Assembly: GCF_902652985.1 (NCBI RefSeq)
Contig: NC_047019.1
Span: 20,956,001-21,020,000, forward strand
Source: Pecten maximus
Taxonomy: Eukaryota
Length of the DNA stretch: 64,000 nt
Reading direction: 5' to 3'
Below the pieces are notes generated by a model, which searched no databases, was not told the origin of the DNA, and worked only from the letters and a program-made list of their open reading frames with translations. The position numbers and the translations under genes are program-made. Within the stretch, counting starts at the first letter, position 1. The number at the start of each line of letters is the position of its first letter. This document shows, piece after piece, positions 26,036-39,603 of this stretch.

Positions 26036-28543
26036 TTTGTTGGTATCTTGCTTTTGTTTTATCGGTAGTTGGCCTTGTTTTATCGGTATTTTGGCCTTGT
26101 TTTGTTGGTATTTTGACCTTGTTTTGTCGGTATTTTGGCCTTATTTTGTCGGTATTTTGGTTTTGTTTAGTCGGTTTTTCGACCTTGTTTTGTAGGTATT
26201 TTGGCCTTGTTTTGTCGGTATTTCGGCCTTACTTTGTTGGTATTTTAGCCTTGTTTAGTCGGTATTTTGGCCTTGTTTTGTCGGTATTTTGGCCTTGTTT
26301 TGTCTTGTTTAGTCGGTATTTTGGCCTTGTTTTGTCGGTATTTTGGCCTTGTTTTGTCGGTATTTTGGCCTTGTTTAGTTGGTATTTTGCCCTTGTTTTG
26401 TTGGTATTTTGGCCTTGTTTTGTCGGTATTTTGCCCTTGTTTAGTCGGTATTTTGGCCTTGTTTAGTCGGTATTTTGGCCTTGTTTTGTCGGTATTTTGC
26501 CCTTGTTTTGTCGGTATTTTGGCCTTGTTTTGTCGGTAGTTTGCCCTTGTTTAGTCGGTATTTTGGCCTTGTTTAGTCGGTATTTTGGCCTTGTTTTGTT
26601 GGTATTTTGGCCTTGTTTTGTCGGTATTTTGGCCTTGTTTAGTCGGTATTTTGGCCTTGTTTAGTCGGTATTTTGGCCTTGTTTAGTCGGTATTTTGGCC
26701 TTGTTTAGTCGGTATTTTGGCCTTGTTTAGTCGGTATTTTGGTCTTGTTTTGTTGGTATTTTGGTCTTGTTTTATTGGTATTTTGCCTTTGTCTTGTTTG
26801 TATTTTGGCCTTGTTTTGTTTTGCTTTGTCCGTATTTTGACCTTGTTTTGTCGGTATTTTGGCCTTGTTTTGTCTTGTTTAGTCGGTATTTTGCCCTTGT
26901 TTTGTCGGTATTTTGGCCTTGTTTAGTCGGTATTTTGGCCTTGTTTTGTCGGTATTTTGACCTTGTTTTGTCGGTATTTTGCCCTTGTTTTGTCTTGTTT
27001 AGTCGGTATTTTGGCCTTGTTTTGTCGGTATTTTGGCCTTGTTTAGTTTGTATTTTGGCCTTGTTTTGTCGGTATTTTGGCCTTGTTTAGTCGGTATTTT
27101 GGCCTTGTTTTGTCGGTATTTTGCCCTTGTTTAGTCGGTATTTTGCCCTTGTTTTGTCGGTATTTTGCCCTTGTTTTGTCGGTATTTTGGCCTTGTTTAG
27201 TCGGCATTTGGCCTTGTTTTGTCGGTGTTTTGGCCTTGTTTTGTCGGTATTTTGGCCTTGTTTAGTCGGTATTTTGGCCTTGTTTTGTCGGTATTTTGGC
27301 CTTGTTTAGTTTGTATTTTGGCCTTGTTTTGTCGGTATTTTGGCCTTGTTTAGTCGGTATTTTGGCCTTGTTTTGTCGGCATTTGACCTTGTTTTGTCGG
27401 TGTTTTGGCCTTGTTTTAGTCTGTATTTTGGCCTTGTTTAGTTTGTATTTTGGCCTTGTTTTGTCGGTATTTTGGCCTTGTTTTGTCTTGTTTTGTCGGT
27501 ATTTTGGCCTTGTTTTGTCGGTATTTTGCCCTTGTTTTGTCGGTATTTTGGTCTTGTTTTGTCGGTATTTTGGTCTTGTTTTGTCGGTATTTTGGCCTTG
27601 TTTAGTTGGTATTTTGGCCTTGTTTTGTCGATATTTTGGTCTTGTTTTGTCGGTATTTTGGCCTTGTTTAGTTGATATTTTGGCCTTGTTTTGTTGGTAT
27701 TTTGGCCATGTTTAGTCGATATTTTGGCCTTGTTTTGTCGGTATTTTGGCCTTGTTTAGTCGGTATTTTGGCCTTGTTTTGTCGGTATTTTGGCCTTGTT
27801 TAGTCGGCATTTGACCTTGTTTTGTCGGTGTTTTGGCCTTGTTTTGTCGGTATTTTGGCCTTGTTTAGTCGGTATTTTGGCCTTGTTTAGTCGGTATTTT
27901 GGCCATGTTTTGTCGGTATTTTGGCCTTGTTTTGTCTTGTTTTTTCGGTATTTTGGCCTTGTTTTGTCGGTATTTTGGCCTTGTTTAGTCGGTATTTTGG
28001 CCTTGTTTAGTCGGTATTTTGGCCTTGTTTTGTCGGTATTTTGGCCTTGTTTTGTCGGTATTTTGGCCTTGTTTAGTCGGCATTTGGCCTTGTTTTGTCG
28101 GTGTTTTGGCCTTGTTTTGTCGGTATTTTGGCCTTGTTTAGTCGGTATTTTGGCCTTGTTTTGTCGGTATTTTGGCCTTGTTTAGTTTGTATTTTGGCCT
28201 TGTTTTGTCGGTATTTTGGCCTTGTTTAGTCGGTATTTTGGCCTTGTTTTGTCTTGTTTTGTCGGTATTTTGGCCTTGTTTTGTCGGTATTTTGGCCTTG
28301 TTTAGTCGGTATTTTGGCCTTGTTTTGTCGGTATTTTGGCCTTGTTTTGTCTTGTTTTGTCGGTATTTTGGCCTTGTTTTGTCTTGTTTTGTCGGTATTT
28401 TGGCCTTGTTTAGTCGGTATTTTGGCCTTGTTTTGTCGGTATTTTGCCCTTGTTTAGTCGGTATTTTGCCCTTGTTTAGTCGGTATATTGCCCTTGTTTA
28501 TTCGGTATTTTGCCCTTGTTTTGTCGGTATTTTGCCCTTGTTT
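26036..28543 (+). repeat. 22-bp T-rich minisatellite (gtcggtattttggccttgttt(t/a)), ~2.5 kb
   Basis: Visible directly; source of all ORFs between 26013 and 28732. Confidence 0.97.
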
Positions 28544-29523
28544 ATAGATTTGGAGTTAGACGTACGGATTCGTATTAGTTTCGGTATCCTCTGGTGTTTA
28601 TCAAAAGTCCCATCATTTCGAGAAAAAGTTATTACATATCTATGTTTCAAAAAAAGTAAAATAGGTAATACCTTATGGATCATTAGCTTTAAGTATATTT
28701 TCATACAGTGTTTTTCGTCTGATGCCTTGTGATTGAAAGGGATGGATGATGAAATCCTACAGCTTTAAGTACATTTTTACATTTCAAATTGAGTTAATGA
28801 ATACGGGGATGGAACCGAGCAGAAGTCAAAGATGTCCCTTTCTACCTATCATAGATACAAAATGTAGCTTAAAGTATAGTTCCATGCAGTTTAATTCGTC
28901 TTATACCAGGTGATTGAAAGGGGCGGATGACGAAATCCTACCGCGCAATAGTACATTTAAAATTCTGTCAATGAATTCAGGGATGAAGCTCTAGGATAAG
29001 GTTAAATCGCAGGTCTGCAGTGCAATTTCCCGTCACATCACGACCATTTAAACTTGATACATGCGAGCAGGATATTGGAGTGTGACTTTTATAACCGGTA
29101 TATAATACGGATACGTCTAACAGTTATTATTTTGAGATTTCTTTCCTTTTGAACAGATGGTAACACGTATTCTAACGTAACGTAATAAATCAAATAGATG
29201 CCAACTGTCCACGGCAGAATTACTGCCATTTGTATTCCAATGGATGTTTAACTGTATCATACAGTACCGTTATAAATCGGTTATCTGGTACCCAGCCAAC
29301 CATATTCGATAGTTGGGATATTAAGGAAAACATATTCCACAACACGTATGTCCGGCTAATCTAATAGTCTACTTTCCATTTAATTTGACGAATTATAACT
29401 GTTTGAACGGCTTCAATCTTAAATCACATTCTGAAATATCACCTGTACACTCTTAAACGATAAATCCCGATTAAACAGTTCTCGGGTGCCGAGAACAGTA
29501 GGCCTTTGAGGCTGGCGCCTGTC

Positions 29524-29537
29524 GTTACCTTGGCGAC
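29524..29537. promoter_or_regulatory. Candidate RFX X-box (GTTACC-TT-GGCGAC) in a locally GC-rich patch
   Basis: Close match to the palindromic X-box consensus GTNRCC-N(0-3)-RGYAAC; motif match only. Confidence 0.35.
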
Positions 29538-29589
29538 GATGTGAAACGAGAGGTGTGGACATCGGACCCCTCCGTCAGAGAAAGGAGGA

Positions 29590-31128
29590 AGTTTGGGGGG
29601 GAACTTTTAAAGAAACGTGTCCCCGACCCTTGAATAAACCCAAATGTTTATAAACCGTGTTAAAAACGGAAAAAGGGGGGGGGTGGAAAGGCCACTTATT
29701 TTAAAAACAACGTTTTAAACAAAAACAAAAGGGTTGTCCTTTTTTCTTTTTTAAAACCCAGTTTTAATTAAAAGAAATATACAGATAAACAATTAAGACT
29801 ATTAATTGGCCTTTTATGCCTTACGTTTGCACCCTTATACTTAATAAAAATAATGTTTACTTTTGAAAACAGTTTACATACACAAACATACAATAAACTT
29901 AAAAAAACTTTTGGCAAAAACCTTTTAAAAGGAAAACACCATCCATAAAAAAAGTTTTTATTTTTCATAGACAACACATTTTACAGGGCCACCAAAATAT
30001 AAAAACTATGTTATAATTTAACAACACACGTGTACACCGATCACCGTTAAAAAAAATTTTTATAACATTACGTGAAACAACCTTAACCCCCGTAAACCCT
30101 TTTTAAAGAAAAACATAATTGCCCCCAAAAACCCCAAGGTTTTTTGGGAAAAAACGTTTTTAAAGACTTTAAAAAATTTCCCAATTTTAATCCCTTTAAA
30201 TTTTTTAAAAAAAAATGTTCTAAATTTTAAAATTAAGTTTAAATATCTTCCTTTAACAAAAAAGTATACCGTTTTTTAAAAACCAATTTAAACCCAAACC
30301 CTTTCATTTTCAATTTTATTCTTTACCATTTACAAAAACCATTTTAAAATTTTTAAAAAACCCCTTTACACTTTCAAAACAAGCCAGGTTTAAAACCCTT
30401 TTTAAAAAAAAAAAAATTAAAAAAAAAACCCACCTTTAAACCCCAATTTAAATTTGAAATTTTACAACAACGGAAAAACACCGACCAAAAAAATTTTCAA
30501 AATTTTTAAAGAAGCGAAACAACTTTCAGAATAATTAAACGGTCCCAATCAATTTAAAACTTTTTAAAACTAAAAAGGTATCAGTAATGGGGGGGGGGGG
30601 GGGGGGGGGGGGGGCAATCATGCGTTATCTACAGAAGACATAATGCCGTCATTGTTAGTACTAGATCGTGTTTTAGTTGATTAAATATCCAATATTTGCT
30701 GAATAATACTTACAGTTTTATGAGTTAAATGAGTTATAATCACGGTTGAGAAACAAAACGGGCCACGTGATACCTGACCTACTGACCTGTATTACGATAT
30801 TGATCTTTATGCCATGGCAGTCTTGTCCAGTCCACTTATTTCATTTTATCTTAAATACATTGTATTTCCATACTGCTTGTCACAATTGATACAAGAAATA
30901 GCCACTCATTGAAAAAGTTTACAATAATGACGGGAATATAATGCCGAGAGGTGTTTGGACAATTTAAAAGCATTAAAGTCGTATGGGATAAATCAGCGTC
31001 GATACCTTAAAGTACAAAAACACTGTTTAAAAACGGATCACGGATTAAAACGCCACGGTTTATTGGGTTTATAGGACAAAACACCCCCCTTTACCCCCGA
31101 CCACCATAATAAGGGGGGGGGGGGGGGG

Positions 31129-31166
<38 letters not shown>

Positions 31167-32125
31167 AAAAAACCCACTACCGATATAAAAAGTATGTTTA
31201 TTATTTAATGACCCCCCGGAACCCGGGATAGCGTATAANNNNNNNNNNNNNNNNNNNNNNNNNNNNNNNNNNNNNNNNNNNNNNNNNNNNNNNNNNNNNN
31301 NNNNNNNNNNNNNNNNNNNNNNNNNNNNNNNNNNNNNNNNNNNNNNNNNNNNNNNNNNNNNNNNNNNNNNNNNNNNNNNNNNNNNNNNNNNNNNNNNNNN
31401 NNNNNNNNNNNNNNNNNNNNNNNNCATTTTAAAACGTCACTGTTTTATAGTCATAGACAACACACGTGTTCACCGACTACGCGATATAAAACGTCACTGT
31501 TAGTAGACAACACACGTGTAACACCGACTCACGCGATATAAAACGTCACTGTTTATATAGTCATAGACAACACACGTGTTACACCGACTCACCGCGATAT
31601 AAAACGTCACTGTTTTATCAAAGTATTTTTTTAAGGTTTCCTTAAAGCCAGTAACCCCCAAAAGGGTGGAGCTAATTCCAAGAAACCCCCGCGATAATAA
31701 AAAAATTTAAAAAAAAATCCCCCAATTTTTAAAACAAAATTTTTAAACCCTGGGGATTTAATTTTAATGCATACAAACGGGAAACAAACCAGGACCCACA
31801 AAAATAAAGGGGGTCATTTTAACCAGGACAACACTTAAACGGGACCATAAGGTAACCCCACTGTAAATGGAAAAAACCCCTTTACACCCTTACCCATCAG
31901 TAACGGTAAATTAAGGCAACCACTTTACTTTACCATAAACAGGGGCAGGAAAATATCGGGGGAAACCTTTTTAAAAACTGACAGGCAACAACCAGTGCAA
32001 ACACTTTTAAGGGGCCAACCGAAAAATTTTTTTGGGAAAACCCAAAAACCCTGAAAAAGGGGAACTTGAAAGTTAAAACCCCCCATAAAACTTAAATTAA
32101 AGGCCAAACCCCCTCTTTATTATAT
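29590..32125. other. Low-quality, homopolymer-inflated sequence around gap 2 (probable assembly artefact; 30615-31020 looks normal)
   Basis: Long A/C/G/T runs and garbled echoes of 32126-34800. Confidence 0.8.
31239..31424. other. Assembly gap (N run)
   Basis: Run of N. Confidence 1.
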
Positions 32126-33108
32126 GACAACACACGTGTATACACCGACTCACCGCGATATAAAACGTCACTGTTTATATACTTACTTAGTAGACAACAC
32201 ACGTGTAACACCGACTCACGCGATATAACACGTCACTGTTTATATACTTACTTAGTAGACAACACACGTGTTACACCGACTCACGCGATATAAAACGTCA
32301 CTGTTTATATACTTACTTAGTAGACAACACACGTGTTACACCGACTCACGCGATATAAAACGTCACTGTTTATATACTTACTTAGTAGACAACACACGTG
32401 TTACACCGATCTCACGCGATATAAAAACGTCACTGTTATATAGTCATAGGACAAACACACGTGTTACACCGACTCACGCGATATAAAACGTCACTGTTTA
32501 TATACTTACTTAGTAGACAACCACACGTGTTACACCGACTCACGCGATATAACACGTCACTGTTTATATAGTTATAGACAACACACGTGTTACACCGACT
32601 CACGCGATATAAAACGTCACTGTTTATATAGTTATAGACAACACACGTGTTACACCGACTCACGCGATATAAAACGTCACTGTTTATATAGTTACTTAGT
32701 AGACAACACACGTGTTACACCGACTCACGCGATATAACACGTCACTGTTTATATACTTACTTAGTAGACAACACACGTGTTACACCGACTCACGCGATAT
32801 AAAACGTCACTGTTTATATAGTCATAGACAACACACGTGTTACACCGACTCACGCGATATAAAACGTCACTGTTTATATACTTACTTAGTAGACAACACA
32901 CGTGTTACACCGACTCACGCGATATAAAACGTCACTGTGTATATACGTACTAGTAGACAACACACGTGTTACACCGACTCACGCGATATAACACGTCACT
33001 GTTTATATAGTCATAGACAACACACGTGTTACACCGACTCACGCGATATAACACGTCACTGTTTATATAGTCATAGACAACACACGTGTTACACCGACTC
33101 ACGCGATA
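32126..33108 (+). repeat. 60/65-bp minisatellite (gacaacacacgtgttacaccgactcacgcgatataaaacgtcactgtttatata + gtcata or cttacttagta); further units at 31430-31618
   Basis: Visible directly, two length variants. Confidence 0.95.
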
Positions 33109-33678
33109 CAACACCATGTTGAAATTATAATCAACAGTTTAAGTTTGGTTTTCGAAAATGTCCGAGAACATTCTTTTTTTTTCAAAGGAAAATTCAGTTA
33201 TATTGTTTAAGAAGCTTTGTAATGTTATACATTTCTCAGAATATTTATTTCCTATAAAAATATTTCAACATCTCAAAAATTAGAATTTCCCCAAAATGAT
33301 CTTTCTTTTCAAGGTAGTAGTTTCTTCATGTCTTCCTTTTTGTTAAGTCTGTGTACATAAGTATCTCAGATTATTTCCTTTAAAAATGTAATTTCAAAAC
33401 TAAATGCTTTCTGTCTATGTTTCTTTAATTGTTCCTGTTTGTTGTTCTGTATTAGTTCAGTTGTAGGTTTTCAGAATACCCAGTATAAATGTAGTGTTGA
33501 ACTGGCTTGTCCTCAAATACAAGCCAGTGAACCCGGGCCAAGAGAGTGGTATGTTCTAATTCCCTACAGAAACAAACCCGACGATCAATAAGGAAAAATT
33601 GTCCAAAACTAAATAGCCGAATTATTATAACGAGTATTTGGTTTTAACTGGGAAGGTTTAACGTGTAATGAGCATACT

Positions 33679-34666
33679 TAAAGCTGGGTACACATTGACA
33701 CGGCTAGGACCACACTCAGTAAAGCTGGGTACACATTGACACGGCCAGGACCACACTCAGTAAAGCTGGGTACACATTGACACGGCTAGGACCACACTCA
33801 GTAAAGCTGGGTACACATTGACACGGCTAGGACCACACTCAGTAAAGCTGGGTACACATTGACACGGCCAGGACCACACTCAGTAAAGCTGGGTACACAT
33901 CAACACGGCCAGGACCACACTCAGTAAAGCTGGGTACACATTGACACGGCTAGGACCACACTCAGTAAAGCTGGGTACACATCGACACGGCCAGGACCAC
34001 ACACAGGTAAAGCTGGGTACACATTGACACGGCCAGGACCAAACTCAGTAAAGCTGGGTACACATTGACACGGCTAGGACCACACTCAGCAAAGCTGGGT
34101 ACACATTGACACGGCCAGGACCACACTCAGTAAAGCTGGGTACACATTGACACGGCTAGGACCACACTCAGTAAAGCTGGGTACACATTGACACGGCCAG
34201 GACCACACTCAGTAAAGCTGGGTACACATTGACACGGCTAGGACCACACTCAGTAAAGCTGGGTACACATTGACACGGCTAGGACCACACTCAATAAAGC
34301 TGGGTACACATCGACACGGCTAGGACCACACTCAGTAAAGCCGGGTACACATTGACACGGCTAGGACCACACTCAGTAAAGCCGGGTACACATCGACACG
34401 GCTAGGACCACGCTCAGTAAAGCTGGGTACACATTGACACGGCCAGGACCACACTCAGTAAAGCCGGGTACACATTGACACGGCTAGGACCACACTCAGT
34501 AAAGCTGGGTACACATTGACACGGCTAGGACCACACTCAGTAAAGCTGGGTACACATTGACACGGCCAGGACCACACTCAGTAAAGCTGGGTACACATTG
34601 ACACGGCTAGGACCACACTCAGTAAAGCTGGGTACACATCGACACGGCTAGGACCACACTCAGTAA
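33679..34666 (+). repeat. 41-bp minisatellite (taaagctgggtacacattgacacggc(t/c)aggaccacactcag), ~24 units
   Basis: Visible directly; units are contiguous with no spacers. Confidence 0.97.
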
Positions 34667-37600
34667 TCCACAATAACGCCTAATTAGTAAGGAACTTGTA
34701 TGGTCCTAACGGCTAATATACAGGTGAGAGGTCACGTGGAGAATCGGAGTGCTGACATTCCCACGGACAGTCACTATAACATTGCTGTGTCGTACTGCCT
34801 GATCAAATGAGGCGACTTATGTGGAGGTCATGGATAATTAAATATTTCTGATGTGATCTCGTGCTTTTGGGACATTGAAGATATCAAACGCACTCAAAAC
34901 ACTAAGGATTTAGTTCTTGTCTAATATGAGAAATTCCTTAAAGACAATGACTTTTTGTTTTGTTTGGAATTCAACGTCCTCCCAACAGTCATGGTTATAT
35001 ACCCTAGATGAGACCAATAGAGGAAAGTATACGTATATCAAGGGGAGATATCAATTAAAGAAAGAGAAATAAAGACCTAAAATGTTATAATGGGGACACA
35101 TATCTATGTCTCGTTAAGACCCCTTATGTTGGAGCCTCAGAGGAAATCCACCGATTCTGAAGCTGTCTCCTACAATCACATGCAATGTTCTTCGGTGTTC
35201 TATAAACAGAGACGATACCACAACAGCACTGCTCTAGTTATCTATGACATTAATACAGATTTACGAACAAACAACAGTGGTGTACTGGAGCGGTAACACA
35301 AGTAAGATCACGTCTTCCTGTCAGACATAACGACATTTCTCTTATCTCACGAGATGAACAATGATGTGCATGTACAATTCGTCAACTGGTATTATGCATG
35401 GATAGAAAGGCGTCTTGAAGAAAAAAAAAGTTAATTATGTAGGGCGTTTAGCTAATGTCTGTGTGTTATTGTCATCATATGATGTTTCCAACTCCTTTCG
35501 CCGTTCATTATAAACAGATTTATAAGCACATTTTTTGTATTCGTTTTTTTTCTTTGATAATTGCAGCAGTAAGTTACCTTGAACACAAGTTCCGGACGGT
35601 GAGAAATAAGCATACTAAAAGGTGGGTAGTGTGCAGTATTTAACAAACTAGGATCATATTTAGGTATTTGACTATTGTTGCGAGAACAATATGAAATCAT
35701 AGCACTATCGTATAGGTGTTACTATCAACACATGTTATAACTGACCCTTTAAATCACCCTTAATGACGAAGTCTGACCTTAATAGGTATACCCTGTATAC
35801 CCTGAAATAATGCCACACTGATTGTGTCCCTTTACGATTCAATGAGCGACATTGTTTTACATTATCGGCATATCTACAACTCTACACAACTGGCCGACAT
35901 TTGTGAGATGTACCACTCGATAAAACGGTTATATTTGTCCCACGCTGGCTTTTGATGTTTATTATTAGTAAATATCAATATTTACATGATTGTTCTTTAA
36001 GACTTTAAATTGACCAATATATTTTGTCTTAAACTCTAAAACTAGAGGAAATTATTGTTTCGTGCACATATGCATATTCAGAAACATTGGTTACGTAATA
36101 TTATTTTCATTTGCATAAGGACATAAGAGACTTGAAAACAAAGCAATATCAAACAAACAAATAAACAAACGACAAAATGCTTAACCAATTCACTTTCATT
36201 AAAATTCAAAGAAAACTCCATGCTATAGTTGTGTTCTCAAAAGTCAACACTTTGACTAAAAATTGAAATGATAAATATTACGTCACATTCGTCAGATATA
36301 CCAAGCATGAATCTACAGATCACCGCCAGTATCTGTAATCTTAACTGATGAACATTTAAACTGAGGAGTATTCCAGCTAAAGTTCCCAGACATACCCGTG
36401 GGAACCCGAACCAGTAACAATCGTATTGTTTGTATACAAGGGTAAACCTAATCCTGATACATTTCAATTTAACACTATGTCGGGTCTTGTACCTGGTAAT
36501 GATAAGGTCTAATTAAATATCGGTTAAAACAGGTAAAAATCTGATCTTATACTGCAACTACTAACATAGCTACCCCCTCCCTAGGACGGTCACGTGCGGA
36601 TATATATCTACGTCTGAAGAGCTATCACAGGATATACTTTTGACAGCTAGTTTGTGACAATTATTTGACATTTAAACTCGTCCGCTATTTACCACATACC
36701 TGTTGATTGGATTATAGTCCAGGTAAATTCGCTTGAATGCAATCCAGGTAAACATGAAAACGTGTCCCCGGTTGACACATTGTATAAAGTTCTAGTGTCA
36801 ATATGTGTACGTAGTAATAATATTATCGGAATGGAATCTCTACCAAAATCCAACTCTGGAAATCCCGGCCGAGATCACACAAAGGTCCAGACGTCACCGA
36901 TATTTGCGGCACTACAATTCTCAACGTGTCTGCTTTCCCTTACGTTGAAACAAGATTAAAGCCAACAGGTGCGAACACATTGTGGTCGATAGGTTATGAT
37001 ATTATTGATGACATAGGAATGAATACCTGGTTTATCGGTGTCTATTGGTGACGTATATACCGGGGTAGCTGTCGACACATCTCATTTACTAACAAATCAT
37101 TTTAACAGCAACAAGCATATTCCGTTATATTAGCCTTGATACACCAGTTATGGGACGACAAGGCCGCTCCGTTCTGGTCTTGATAAGGAATCGCCATGGT
37201 AATATAAACTTAATGTCTGCAATCCAGGTTGCCTTAAAAGGTTTTAGCAGATAGATTTTCGTATTATTAACAAAATAATGAAAGAGTACAAACTTGTTTT
37301 ACAGGTTTTTCGTTCATCCTATTTGTTATTTCGCTAAATATTAAGAGGTAAATAAATGGTAAACAGAAAATGCATGTATAATTAGTTATATAATGAAAAG
37401 GTCGGCAGGAATAAAACAGGGTATGGTTCTCTAAATGTAAAACATGTTTACTATTGATGATTGAATATCAATTACACGAACTCTTGGCTATAAATGTTGT
37501 TGAAAGACGAAGGTTTGAAAGCGAAGACTAAACGACTTGTAAAGAACCGTGACCTGAAATTCAATCCATTGACATACGTCTATCAATCAGTGTGCACATC

Positions 37601-37669
37601 AAGTTTTATTGTTGCTTTAGAAATTAATGTAGATATACAGTGTAATTCTGACATCATAACAAGCCTGGA

Positions 37670-38162
37670 AATGGCTTTCCATTGGTGTCGGACTGACGGT
37701 TAGGCCAATCATGATAGAGATTAACAGTTGGAGTAATGGTAAGGCCAATTATGATAGAGATTAACAGTTGGAGTAACTGTAAGGCCAATTGTAACAGTTT
37801 TAACAGTTCATTTTAACAGGGGAACAAATGGTAATCCGTTAGTGTCTGACTGATTGTAAGGCCAGCTGTAATATAGATTAACAGTTGTTTTTTAACAGGG
37901 AAAAGATGGTAGTCCATTGGTGTGGGACTGAAGATGAGACCAATTGTAAAAAGGATTAACATTCCACTTTAACAGGGGAACACATGGTAATCCATTGGTG
38001 TGGGACTGATGGCGAGGCCAATCCTAACAGAGATTGCTTCCCTTTTTTAAGAGGGGACAATATGGCAGCAAGGAAGTAACGAAAGTAACAGGATTAACGA
38101 GCCAATTGTAACAGTTTTAACAGTGCCTTTTAATAGGGGAACACATGGTAGTCCATTGGTGT
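37670..38162 (+). repeat. Old diverged tandem repeat (aggccaattgtaacag...ttaacaggggaac...ggtaatccattggtgtgggactga)
   Basis: Recurring motifs at roughly 40-80 bp spacing. Confidence 0.75.
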
Positions 38163-39226
38163 GCTATTGACATTTATGAAACTATACTCTCTGGGATATT
38201 ACAAAGTTGATGCAATATAATCAATTTTGTCGTATTTTAATCGAACTATATAAAACAAGTGAAAATATAACAAAGTATGGATTTACTCGGATACTACAGA
38301 ATGTCCGAGGAAGGAGAACAATGTTTTCGTCACCTTCTGATTAATTGACAACATCCGCCATGTAAATCTAGGCTAGATCCAGTTAATGACAGGTTCTCTA
38401 AATGAGAACTGGGGTAGTGACAATCACCAGACATAGTAAAGTGCACAACACACGGGACCTCATATCACACAAGGAAATAGAATATTCCTTGATGAATAAA
38501 TCTCGTCATCAGAAGTAACTATAAAACGTTCAAATGTTTTCATTTCCGGAAACCAATATATCACCAGACTGATTATTTTAAATCCATAATAAGCTTCATT
38601 ATTTATAGGGTTGCGCAGAACAAGTCATAAAACAAACTTTTGGCCCCCTCGACAGATCTCTTTGAAGTCCTAATTTGATATATTGTATATAGTAATTGCC
38701 ATCACAAGAGTGCTCTTCTTCAGAATCACCCGAGATACCCAAACATTTTGACAGAAGACAGTGTCTTTTCAATTTACACAAATCTTTCCCTATAAAAATG
38801 TTTCGGTCATAAATCAAGACCCCAAATGGTGTATCTTTAACCCTTTTTGTCGTACATATATACCATGACGCCAAGGTTATCAATATAAAGGAGGAAGTGG
38901 CTCACAGTCCCCACGAAAACCAAACACGACAGTCTGATAATCACTTGATGTCAAAACAACACAGGGAATCGAACAATCGTTTTTTTTTCTATCCAAAAGT
39001 CGATAAAATGGGAACGAAATATTACCAAATTTTAGATTTAAATGGAGACCATTGGGTAAACAACAGAGTAATAACAAGACCGTGTGTTTCAGGATATCAA
39101 GCGTCCTCAGCTTCATCGACGATACCGACCATGTATAGTCTAATCCAGATTCAGTTAAAAGCAGAATAAAGACAGTTGAACGTTTTCATCGTATTTACAG
39201 GTCATAATTCAGGTATTCTAATAGTG

Positions 39227-39603
39227 ACGATCGTCTACACATCGTCTACATGTCGATCGTCTAAACATCGTCTAAATGTCGATCGTCTACATGTCGATCG
39301 TCTACATGCCGTCTTTTCGTCGATCGTCTACACATCGTCTATTCGTCGTCTACATGTCGATCGTCTATATGCCGTCTATTCGTCGATCGTCTACACATCG
39401 TCTACATGTCGTGTATTCGTCGATCGTCTACTCGTCGTCTACATGCCGATCGTCTACATGTCGTCTATTCGTCGATCGTCTACTCGTCGTCTACATGCCG
39501 ATCGTCTACATGTCGTCTATTCGTCGATCGTCTACTCGTCGTCTACATGTCGATCGTCTACACATCGTCTACATGTCGATCGTCTACTCGTCGTCTACAT
39601 GTC
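39227..39603 (+). repeat. CpG-rich compound microrepeat (cgatcgtctacatgt / cgtctattcgt)
   Basis: Visible directly. Confidence 0.92.

Noticed and set aside
26013-28732. Hydrophobic membrane-protein-like ORFs
   Set aside because: Translations of the 22-bp T-rich minisatellite in several frames
28729-28985. Diverged direct repeat pair (gtgattgaaaggg...gaaatccta) 181 bp apart
   Set aside because: Only two degenerate copies, no TG..CA ends or TSD; nothing further supportable
32126-34666. CRISPR-like appearance of the regular 41-bp and 60/65-bp arrays (also the 32-bp arrays)
   Set aside because: Units are contiguous with no unique spacers, there are no cas genes, and the context is eukaryotic
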